Part shown: piece by piece, positions 26,964 through 34,939 of the stretch | Numbering within the stretch: position 1 is the first letter of the stretch | How the letters are laid out: every line of letters begins with the position of its first letter | IMG/VR virus record: IMGVR_UViG_3300046694_000619 | Direction: 5' to 3' (one strand) | Origin: a virus | Lineage: Duplodnaviria > Caudoviricetes | DNA: 64,000 nucleotides | The notes under the pieces: model-generated | Seen by the model: only the letters and a program-made list of their open reading frames with translations | The model's database searches: none | What the model was told of the DNA's origin: nothing | Made by a program: the position numbers and the translations under genes

Positions 26964-27347
26964 TCAGTAGATGTAGCCTTCGTACGTGTCGACGATGTCG
27001 ACCATGTTTGCCTTCGCGTACTCGTGAGCCTCGTCGACTTCATCGAATCGCCGGCCGGGAGCGAACATCGCGCGGTCGTTGTCGTAGCTGCCCGAGGTAA
27101 CGCGCATCGTTCCATCCTTGAAGTACGATTCCGTGGCATGACGCTTCGCCTCGTCGAGCACGGCCGGCGGCACAGCTTCGTAATAGCCGTACTCCTGGCT
27201 ATCGAAGGGGAGGTCAATCCAGTCCCACACGGCCTTGTTGACCAGTGTGACCTGGATGTCACCGCCGCCTTCCAGCACGACCAGATACAACTGCTCGCGC
27301 GGGGCTGCGATGTCTTGCTGGGCTGCTTCTTGAATTACTGCGGACAT
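26964..27347 (-). CDS. Hypothetical acidic protein
   Basis: GAGGA RBS; phage-like composition. Confidence 0.7.
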   Translation of the reverse strand: MSAVIQEAAQQDIAAPREQLYLVVLEGGGDIQVTLVNKAVWDWIDLPFDSQEYGYYEAVPPAVLDEAKRHATESYFKDGTMRVTSGSYDNDRAMFAPGRRFDEVDEAHEYAKANMVDIVDTYEGYIY

Positions 27348-27497
27348 GATGCTTTCCTCGGATGTGTTGTGCGCATTAGGCTGGCGCCTGGCGCGCGATT
27401 GAAGTGTGTTGCCTGCCTCGGAGTATAGAAATCAGCGTGTTCGGACCGCGCGCGCAAAAAGAAAACGCCGACACGGAGGTCGGCGCAGAGGTGATGC

Positions 27498-28103
27498 TTA
27501 AATATCTTGAAGTACCTTCTTTTCGTGCATGACGAAGTCCGCGTATCCCTTGGCATTGCCGGAATACCGGACCAGCGCCGGCTCTTCGTCTCCGTTCGTC
27601 TCCTTGATGTACTGCTCAAGAATCTGAGCACCCACGCGGATGTTGACGTGCGGGTCGAAGAGCGATTCCTTGTTGCCGAGCTTTTCGGCGTGCTCGCGCC
27701 GAACCACCTGCATCAGGCCTTCAGCACCGTAGCCGCTGACCACCTTGCGACGCAGGCTGCTCTCTTTTTGAATGACCGCAAGGATGAGCTCAGGCTCGAC
27801 ACCGGGGTGCCGGGCAGCTTCGCGCCAGGCCAGGTTCACATACTGATTTGCTTCATCCTTCGGTACCTTGTACTTCGAGGCAAGGTACTGCGTGATGTTG
27901 CGCTTTCGTTCCGCCACGCTCTTCATCGGCTTGTCCACCGGGCACGCCGCCGCGGGTAGCTCCTCGATGATGAAGGGCTCAAATGCCGGCGGCCGGGGTT
28001 GAACCACTCGAACCAGCGCCCATACCAGCAGGCCTGCAAGAACGAACCCGGAAACTGCTAGAAACAACTGACCACGACCACTACGAGTTGAAAAAGTCAT
28101 CAT
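27498..28103 (-). CDS. Membrane-anchored SLT lytic transglycosylase
   Basis: LILAVIQKESS, GAEGLMQV, DPHVNIRVGAQIL..Y, ALVRYSG; N-terminal TM; AGGAGG RBS. Confidence 0.9.
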   Translation of the reverse strand: MMTFSTRSGRGQLFLAVSGFVLAGLLVWALVRVVQPRPPAFEPFIIEELPAAACPVDKPMKSVAERKRNITQYLASKYKVPKDEANQYVNLAWREAARHPGVEPELILAVIQKESSLRRKVVSGYGAEGLMQVVRREHAEKLGNKESLFDPHVNIRVGAQILEQYIKETNGDEEPALVRYSGNAKGYADFVMHEKKVLQDI

Positions 28104-28213
28104 TTGTCCTCCTGCATCCGTATAGGTAACAACGGGAGGAGGGTGTGGCACTAGCAAATATTGCGTATTTTATGCTATAATCACAAAATACGATTATCCA
28201 GACGAAGTCAAAA

Positions 28214-28711
28214 ATGAAACACATCGAAGCAGGAAAAAACTATCTGTTCACCAAGTCCGGCAATGAAGTGCGCACGATTGCGCCGACGACGCGCTACCGT
28301 GGCCAGGCCATGTGGGAAGTGGAGCGTGTGAGCGGCCAGAGCGCTGGCAAGCGCATGGATGTGCCCGAGCGTGCGCTTGAGCCTGTCGCGAACAACAACC
28401 ATGTGCTGTTCCTGAACACACCCGAAGGCAATGCGTGTCTCGTGCTGGCGCGGCAAGGACGCTCTTACATGGTGCGGTCATTCGCCGTTCAGGACCGCGA
28501 TGAGCTCTGCCTGGCGTTTGCGCCGCAGGTGCCGGGGTTCGAGAATCTGGACACCGGTTCGTCCGTGGCGCAGCGATTCAAGCTGTCGACCATGGTTCGC
28601 TACGGCGACGTCGTGCTTACCAACACCGTGATGCGCGCCGATTCTATCGAGGACCTGGAGCAAACCTTGAAGCGAGCTCAGGTGCGCGTCTTCAACCACC
28701 AGGATTTCTAA
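28214..28711 (+). CDS. Hypothetical protein
   Basis: TGCTATAAT promoter upstream; biased codon usage. Confidence 0.65.
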   Translation: MKHIEAGKNYLFTKSGNEVRTIAPTTRYRGQAMWEVERVSGQSAGKRMDVPERALEPVANNNHVLFLNTPEGNACLVLARQGRSYMVRSFAVQDRDELCLAFAPQVPGFENLDTGSSVAQRFKLSTMVRYGDVVLTNTVMRADSIEDLEQTLKRAQVRVFNHQDF

Positions 28712-28832
28712 GCCAGTTCGCGGATACGTACCTGTGACCGACGTCACAGGTCGAGCAGCCATAGAATCGCTATACCCGAGAGTCATCCAGCCAGCCAACC
28801 GCGTTCACCCGCCAACGTCAGACTAATTGCAA

Positions 28833-29276
28833 ATGCCCGTAGTCGTATACATCCTGCCCTACATTTTCCTTACCGTGTACTGGTACGACTCGAATGCGCC
28901 TTGGTACGTGGACACCTACCTTGCGGGCATCAATATGACGGCGATGGTCGCGTTCTTCGTCGACAAGCAGCGGGCCGTCAACGGCGAATGGCGCATCCCT
29001 GAAGTCAGACTGCACCTGTTGACCCTCGCAGGCGGTGTGCTCGGCAGCGGTGCCGGAATGGTGCTGGCCCATCACAAGATTCGCAAGCTGTCTTTTCACG
29101 CCATGTACTTCGTGGGCGTCGTGACGTTTTGCCTGATTGCGAGCGCCCTGGCACCCTCAGCCTCGAAAGCAGGCGCCAACGCAGTGACGCCGGCTACGTC
29201 GGCGAGAAACTCCGGCACTTCGCACCAAGCACATCCGCATGCCCGGCACCACGTCGCGGGGCAGCACGCTTCCTGA
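28833..29276 (+). CDS. DUF1294 membrane protein
   Basis: DKQRA..GEWRIPE..LHLL.LAGG.LG......HHK.RK..F. Confidence 0.85.
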   Translation: MPVVVYILPYIFLTVYWYDSNAPWYVDTYLAGINMTAMVAFFVDKQRAVNGEWRIPEVRLHLLTLAGGVLGSGAGMVLAHHKIRKLSFHAMYFVGVVTFCLIASALAPSASKAGANAVTPATSARNSGTSHQAHPHARHHVAGQHAS

Positions 29277-29359
29277 GTCCAGCAGCACGCAACGGCATTT
29301 TGTTGCGGCATCGCGCAATTATCGCTATACTAGGGTAATCCCTAAGTATTCAGATAATC

Positions 29360-29545
29360 GTGAAGACTCTAACCAACGCACTGACCGGGCTCCTGTCCCG
29401 GATTTTCGACTCCCTGATGGACGCCGAACGCCGGCGTCGCGACGCCTATCTTGCGCGGGCGACTGACCTCGCAGACCTCGAGCGGCGTATTCGTGAGCTG
29501 AGCTCCGAGCAGGGCCAATCCTCTTTTTACCTCGCAAGGGCTTAA
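29360..29545 (+). CDS. DUF3563-family small protein
   Basis: ERRRRDAYLA.ATDLADLERRIREL. Confidence 0.75.
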   Translation: MKTLTNALTGLLSRIFDSLMDAERRRRDAYLARATDLADLERRIRELSSEQGQSSFYLARA

Positions 29546-29547
29546 TC

Positions 29548-29754
29548 ATGGGCATCATCGCTTTTTTGCTTGCGCGCTTCATGCCGCGCGCTCAGTTTCA
29601 ACCGAACGACCGGGTCAACCTGGTCGAACATGGCAACGTCGCTCGCTACGATGGCGTCGTGATTGCCGACACGCCGCAGGGCGTGCTGGTCGAGTGGCCC
29701 AAGGGCGGCTCACGCCTGAGCGCCCCGGGCGAGCTGGTCCGGCTCGTGGCATGA
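29548..29754 (+). CDS. Small SH3-like hypothetical protein
   Basis: FQPNDRV...GVV....GVLVEWP.GG. Confidence 0.6.
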   Translation: MGIIAFLLARFMPRAQFQPNDRVNLVEHGNVARYDGVVIADTPQGVLVEWPKGGSRLSAPGELVRLVA

Positions 29755-29918
29755 CAACCGAGCGCTCCAGTATTTGTTAACAAAGCCCGCCTCCCGCGGG
29801 CTTTGTTGTATTTGTCAAGGCGGAACTGTTAACTTAACGCGATTTTTCTGGTGTCAAGTGGAAAATGATGATATACGTTCGTCCGAGGTTCTCATAACCA
29901 CAGGAGTTAACAACCCCG

Positions 29919-30314
29919 ATGAGCACCAACACCATTTTTCAAAAACTCGGTCTTGTTGTCGTGAGCGAGGACAAGGGCGTCTACCAACTGCGGCCGCTCG
30001 AGGAACATGGCGACCGGAAAAGCGATTTGGTGGGACTGCTGTTCTCCGCAACCCCGCTCGACAAGCAGCCGGCCCATATTCAGCTGTTCCTGCAGGAAAG
30101 CTCGGCTGAAGTGCCGGCCGCGCGCATCGTCTACCACTGGCAAACGCTGGACGCCCGGCGCTTCGCCGAATCTGGACTCGAGCCGCGTGAACTGGAGGTA
30201 TCGGCGGACCGCATTCCCGAACGCGCCAACGTGAAGAATTTCACTCGCCCCGACGGCGTGCGCATGCGCCACGCGGTGACGCTGACCACAGGAGAGGTTG
30301 TTTGCTACAACTGA
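29919..30314 (+). CDS. Hypothetical protein
   Basis: AGGAG RBS; coupled to the next gene. Confidence 0.65.
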   Translation: MSTNTIFQKLGLVVVSEDKGVYQLRPLEEHGDRKSDLVGLLFSATPLDKQPAHIQLFLQESSAEVPAARIVYHWQTLDARRFAESGLEPRELEVSADRIPERANVKNFTRPDGVRMRHAVTLTTGEVVCYN

Positions 30315-31213
30315 TTTCGAAGCTCGCGCCTCCCTGGAGCGGCGCCGTCACCGCCGCGCTCGTCGGCGATGCTTTTGGTGTTCCTCACGAATTCAAGCAG
30401 CCCAAAGCCATTCCGCCCGCGCATGAGTTGGCGATGGTGATGCCTGCGGCCTATCCGAAGACTTACGCCAGCGTGCCGTACGGCATCTGGTCGGACGATG
30501 GCAGCCAAACGATGGCTCTGCTCGACGCGTTGCTCGCGAGGAACGGGCTTTACAGCGCTGACCTGTTCGGCCGCAACATGCTGGCCTGGCTACACGAGGC
30601 AAAGTATCAGCCCGGCGGCCGGGTCTTCGATTGCGGGAACCAGACGCTTGATGCGCTGACGCAGCTCGAGCGCGGTCTTCCGGTCGAATTCGACGAGTCG
30701 CGGTGCGGCAATGGCAGCCTGATGCGCGTGCTGCCTGTCGCAGCGCTGCCAGATTCGCTTGGCATCAATCCGGTTGATGCCCTCCGTTTCGCAATGGAGC
30801 AGTCTGCGCTGACGCACCCGCAGGCGCTCGCGCGCGTGAGCTGCGCGTTGTACGTCCAACTCGCCTGGCTCGCGCAGCCCGGCAGCCGGGGACTCCGCGC
30901 GCGAATGCCGGAAGCTGCGAGAGCACTCAAGGAATCGGGCGTGCTGACGGCGCGCGACCAGACCGCGCTGTCCACCATCCTTGCGTTCGGCGAGCAGCAG
31001 CCAACGAACTCGGGCTACGTCGTGGATAGCCTTTGGTCTGCGATTGATGCGGTCGACCACGCCAGCAGCCTGAGCGACGCGCTTTGTCGGGCGGTGAGTC
31101 TGGGTTCGGACACGGACACCGTCGCGTGCATCGCCGCTGGCCTGGCTGCCCTGGTGTTCGGATGGGATGAGACGGCGCACGGATGGCGCCGCCAGATGAC
31201 GATGCTGACGTAG
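30302..31213 (+). CDS. ADP-ribosylglycohydrolase (DraG/ARH family, Tri1-like)
   Basis: GDAFGVPHEF, VPYGIWSDDG, VFDCG.QT, GNGSLMR, QSALTH, DTDTVACIA. Confidence 0.9.
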   Translation: MLQLISKLAPPWSGAVTAALVGDAFGVPHEFKQPKAIPPAHELAMVMPAAYPKTYASVPYGIWSDDGSQTMALLDALLARNGLYSADLFGRNMLAWLHEAKYQPGGRVFDCGNQTLDALTQLERGLPVEFDESRCGNGSLMRVLPVAALPDSLGINPVDALRFAMEQSALTHPQALARVSCALYVQLAWLAQPGSRGLRARMPEAARALKESGVLTARDQTALSTILAFGEQQPTNSGYVVDSLWSAIDAVDHASSLSDALCRAVSLGSDTDTVACIAAGLAALVFGWDETAHGWRRQMTMLT

Positions 31214-31360
31214 GCTTCGAAGCAGGCGGACGAGGGTGTCCGCCTCAGGCCCCCGGGGAACCTAGCCACATAAGAGCCGCAGAAATAAGCATTGCGAGCG
31301 GCATTCCTCGTCGCAGTTCGAGCAGCGACAACATGACGAAGGTAAGGAATCGCATAGGCC

Positions 31361-31990
31361 TTAGTCGCGGCGAAGCCGGTTAGGCACGATGGCCTGGTGC
31401 CTCCAGTGGTCGTCCGTCTGAACGTGGTCCTTGCGGACCCACTTGGCCATCGACTGTGCAAAATCCTCGAAGCGGAACCGGCCGGCCAGGCGCATAACAA
31501 GGCCTTCTTCCACCTCAGTGTCGAGCTCGCGCACGACCTGATGAATCACCTTCTCGTCAAAGATACCTCGCCACTTTACCGGCACCGGCTCAATATCGAG
31601 CAGCTGGAAGACTTCGATTGTGTTGTCCCAGTCAAGTGAGGTGTTCGTCTCGTCCCAGACAGAAAACCCTTCGAAGTAGCTCTTCAGGTCTGTGTACGCA
31701 ATCGAATGCAGCGCGTACAGGTTCTCGCCGCAGATGCGCCAGCCTTCCGGGATGTCATGGGCGAACTTAGCGTGCCACGCTGCCACCCAGTCGCGCGACG
31801 GATGATGGGCGCTGTCGACCGACTTGGCGTGGAAGCCATCCCGGTACAGGTTCGTGTTCTCGCCGTCGCGCTTTGACGTGATGACGACAGGCTTGCCCTC
31901 AAAGTGGCTTAGCGAGCGCAGCACCTTGTCCTGGCGTCCGATACCAGGCGAGAAGGGCATGTGAGGCGTAGTCGGGTACTTTTGTCTCAT
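31361..31990 (-). CDS. ATP-dependent RNA ligase-family protein
   Basis: KYPTTPH.PFSPG...DK, motif I KRDGEN, CGENLYA.HSI.Y, EGLV.R, AKWVR..HVQTD.HW. Confidence 0.85.
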   Translation of the reverse strand: MRQKYPTTPHMPFSPGIGRQDKVLRSLSHFEGKPVVITSKRDGENTNLYRDGFHAKSVDSAHHPSRDWVAAWHAKFAHDIPEGWRICGENLYALHSIAYTDLKSYFEGFSVWDETNTSLDWDNTIEVFQLLDIEPVPVKWRGIFDEKVIHQVVRELDTEVEEGLVMRLAGRFRFEDFAQSMAKWVRKDHVQTDDHWRHQAIVPNRLRRD

Positions 31991-32078
31991 GGCAGGGTAC
32001 TGCTAGGTTCTTTCGGTGACTTGTAGTATACTGCAAATTACGCGTACCTGCACGCGCTTTTTCGACCTTGGGGCCTTG

Positions 32079-32519
32079 ATGTTAACTTTCATCGGTGCTG
32101 TTGCTCAGCACATGTTTCGTGTCGTGACCTTCCGGCATCCGGGCACGGGGTTGCCGTCGACTCGTGGCGGTGCGCTCTACGTGCTGATGGTCATGTGGGC
32201 GTTGAGCCGCATTGGCATCGACCTGACAACGCCTGAGGCGGAAGGCGGATTTGATGCGCTCAATTCCATCGCTTACGTCCTCGCATATATTGGTCTGACA
32301 GCTGTGTTTCTCCGGCCGCCCGCAATCGCGTTGCTGATGCTGGTGAACACGTTCAGCAATTTGCTGGAAGCGGGAATTCGCCTTTGCGGCATAACCGAGC
32401 CGGGTGTAGCCATCGCGCTCTACATCTGGACAGGTATCGCGCTTCTCCTCACGCTCAACCGTATCGTATCGAGCGCCATCCGCGCCAACCAGAAAAACCG
32501 AACTCCCGAAAAGAACTGA
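32079..32519 (+). CDS. Membrane protein
   Basis: About four hydrophobic segments. Confidence 0.6.
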   Translation: MLTFIGAVAQHMFRVVTFRHPGTGLPSTRGGALYVLMVMWALSRIGIDLTTPEAEGGFDALNSIAYVLAYIGLTAVFLRPPAIALLMLVNTFSNLLEAGIRLCGITEPGVAIALYIWTGIALLLTLNRIVSSAIRANQKNRTPEKN

Positions 32520-32521
32520 CC

Positions 32522-33196
32522 ATGGACCAACAAAAACTCCTTGCTGCATTGACCGCCGCCCAAGGCGCGCTCGAACTGATTGCGGCGCGTCAACGCCCGG
32601 ATGGTACCTACAATCGCGACCGTGAGGCCTGCGGAGTGCTCGCTCGCGACACGCTGAAGACGGTGACTGCGTTACTGAATCCATCCGCGGGAGCCGAAGC
32701 AGAGTCAGGCGCAGAAGCACGGCCAGTAGGGCACTCCAGCGGAAGCTACATCGTCGTGTCCGATGGGTCCAGCCTTGGAAATCCGGGGGACTCTGGCTGG
32801 GGCGTGGTATTGCTGGAGGGCGGTGATGTCAAATTCGCCGGAGGCGGGTATATCGGCGTGCAGACCAACCAGGTTGCCGAACTGACCGCGGCTATCGAAG
32901 GCTTGTCGCGTGTACCGGAGGGCGCGCGCGTCGAACTCGTATCCGACAGTCAGTACACACTCAAAGGCCTGACCGAATGGCGCGCTGGCTGGGAGCGCAA
33001 CGGCTGGCGCACGGCATCCAAGGAGCCAGTCAAGAATCTGGAACTTTGGAAGCGGCTCTACTCGGTCGCCGACAAGCGCAAGGTCACTACGCGGTGGGTG
33101 AAGGGGCACGCAGGTGATGAGATGAACGAGCGCGCCGACGCGCTTGCGAGCAAAGCGGCCAAATCCCGTCAGCCGCTTGTACTCGAAGCTGCCTGA
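32522..33196 (+). CDS. rnhA: Ribonuclease HI with N-terminal extension
   Basis: SDGSSLGNPG..GWG, TNQVAELTAA, SDSQY, W...GW......PVKN.ELW, WVKGHAG..NERAD. Confidence 0.9.
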   Translation: MDQQKLLAALTAAQGALELIAARQRPDGTYNRDREACGVLARDTLKTVTALLNPSAGAEAESGAEARPVGHSSGSYIVVSDGSSLGNPGDSGWGVVLLEGGDVKFAGGGYIGVQTNQVAELTAAIEGLSRVPEGARVELVSDSQYTLKGLTEWRAGWERNGWRTASKEPVKNLELWKRLYSVADKRKVTTRWVKGHAGDEMNERADALASKAAKSRQPLVLEAA

Positions 33197-33372
33197 CGTC
33201 CAGGCGACGTGACCGTGACGCCGTGAAGCCGCCATCGAGGGGGCTTTTTTGTTTTCGGCGTTGATATACCATGAAAGTTGCATTATGACGTTTCTTTGAT
33301 ATACTAAGTCGGTCTCCCATCCACTGACTCACGTATCCGCGTCGGCCGCCGGCCCGCAACCAAGGAATGCTC

Positions 33373-34191
33373 ATGAAGAAAACCCTTTTCGCCATCATGG
33401 CGCTGATGGCTGCCAGCTCGGCTATGGCTGTCACTTCGAACAACCCGTTCACGCGCGACATCCCGGAGCCGGTTCCCGCGCTGCCGTCGCCGTACACCTT
33501 CGAGCTTGGCCTGACGTCGCACCACGAAACCTACCGCGAGTACGGCGAGGACGGACGGCACATCATGCAGGAAGAAGCCTGGTTCACGGGCGTAAAGGGC
33601 GGCGTCACCCGCACCATCGGCGATACCGGCGGCTCGGTTGTGTTGACGGGCGAATACGCGCTCGGCAAGTCAAACTACACTGGCTCCTACATCGGCGGCA
33701 GCTACGGCGACCTGTCGATTCACAACCTGGACCGCAGCCTGCTTGAAGTGACGGCGATGTACAAGCAGACCGCGCCGCTCTGGAATGGTCTGTCGGCCGG
33801 CCTCGGAATTGGTTATCGCCGCCTGGTCGACGACCTCGAGGGTTTCGACGGTGGCTACAAGCGTACCAACGACCGGCTCTACCTGACCGTCGCGCTCGAG
33901 CAGTCGTTCAAGCTCAAGAACTGGACCATCACTCCGGGCGTGCAGTATGACCGAATCATCATGGGTAAGGCTAAGTCCGACCTGCTCGGTGGCGTCACGG
34001 TGAACCAGAACAACGGCTACGGCGCGAAGGGTTCGATTGTCATCACGCACAAGGACCGCTTCAATACGACCGTGGAGCCGTACTTCCGCTACTGGGACGT
34101 CAAGGCGTCCAACGTCGACGCTGCAACGGGCCTGTACGAGCCGCGCAACAAGACGACGGAAATCGGTCTCAACGTGACGTTCAAGTTCTGA
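33373..34191 (+). CDS. Outer-membrane beta-barrel protein
   Basis: Signal peptide, alternating amphipathic strands, C-terminal Phe (EPRNKTTEIGLNVTFKF). Confidence 0.8.
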   Translation: MKKTLFAIMALMAASSAMAVTSNNPFTRDIPEPVPALPSPYTFELGLTSHHETYREYGEDGRHIMQEEAWFTGVKGGVTRTIGDTGGSVVLTGEYALGKSNYTGSYIGGSYGDLSIHNLDRSLLEVTAMYKQTAPLWNGLSAGLGIGYRRLVDDLEGFDGGYKRTNDRLYLTVALEQSFKLKNWTITPGVQYDRIIMGKAKSDLLGGVTVNQNNGYGAKGSIVITHKDRFNTTVEPYFRYWDVKASNVDAATGLYEPRNKTTEIGLNVTFKF

Positions 34192-34243
34192 CACCTCTTC
34201 GCTGTCTAAAAGGAGCGCCGCCCGCAAAGCGGCGCGGAAACCC

Positions 34244-34564
34244 ATGATTTCAGGCTCCCTGTTTTTCATCCTCATGCTGCTTGCTGCGGGCGCCATGCTG
34301 AAGCTGTCTGAACGATTGCTGGTGCTGTTTCTCGGCGGCGCATGCCTGCTTGTGTTGATACCAACAGGCATCTTCATTGCCGAAAGCCAGAGCTGGCGTG
34401 AGCACGTCCTGAACAACACCACTACCGTCGGCCTGGTGCTCATAACGCTTGTCGCCATTGGCTCGATAGGCGCGCTCGCCTGCGCGCTGTCGGCGGTATT
34501 GCGGGTGCTCATCGCAACCGTTCGTGCACTTCGCTCAAAGAAGGGAAGGCAACAAATTGCTTGA
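34244..34564 (+). CDS. Small membrane protein
   Basis: Three hydrophobic segments. Confidence 0.5.
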   Translation: MISGSLFFILMLLAAGAMLKLSERLLVLFLGGACLLVLIPTGIFIAESQSWREHVLNNTTTVGLVLITLVAIGSIGALACALSAVLRVLIATVRALRSKKGRQQIA

Positions 34565-34589
34565 CACAATGTGATTGTCAAGCTATACT
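34561..34589 (+). promoter_or_regulatory. Sigma70 promoter of the tmRNA gene
   Basis: TTGACA-N17-TATACT. Confidence 0.85.
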
Positions 34590-34592
34590 AGC

Positions 34593-34860
34593 ATTCATCG
34601 TTGTAATTCCTCTGGAATTGAAATTCGGCGGAAAAGGGTTCGACTCCCTTCACCTCCACCAAATGCGCATTTGTCAAGTACGTATTTGATGGGGGTGCCC
34701 AGGTTTCGACGTCGTGCGGAGATGAAGGCGGCAACGCGGGCAGGCGACTTCCCGGTGAGCTTCGGCTTGCGAACAGAGCAAAATCGTTAAATGCAAACGA
34801 TGAATCGTACCTGATGGTCGCTTGACCGTCCGGGGCCGCGCCTGCCCTGTGAAATAAATG
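34593..34860 (+). ncRNA. ssrA: Circularly permuted (two-piece) tmRNA, tag ANDESYLMVA
   Basis: Acceptor piece AAGGGTTCGACTCCCTT-CACCTCC-ACCA ends at 34661, upstream of the 5' piece GGGGGTG...TTCGAC at 34691; G3.U70 pair; resume codon GCA at 34793 and TGA at 34823-34825. Confidence 0.92.
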
Positions 34861-34864
34861 CGTG

Positions 34865-34899
34865 GAAACCCAGGCCTCGCGGTCTGGGTTTTTCTTTTT
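34865..34899 (+). terminator. tmRNA terminator
   Basis: GAAACCCAGGCC-TCGC-GGTCTGGGTTTT followed by a T-run. Confidence 0.75.
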
Positions 34900-34939
34900 G
34901 AGCTATACCATGTGTCCTAGCCCCGTTGCCCAAAAGACC

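Noticed and set aside
27498-28103. Phage lysis cassette
   Set aside because: No holin/spanin arrangement or structural genes; the SLT is membrane-anchored and solitary.
34627-34661. Stand-alone tRNA or integration att remnant
   Set aside because: There is no anticodon or D arm upstream and no integrase; it is fully explained as the acceptor piece of the permuted tmRNA.
34575-34790. 71-aa ORF in the track
   Set aside because: It overlaps the tmRNA and its promoter and has no RBS.
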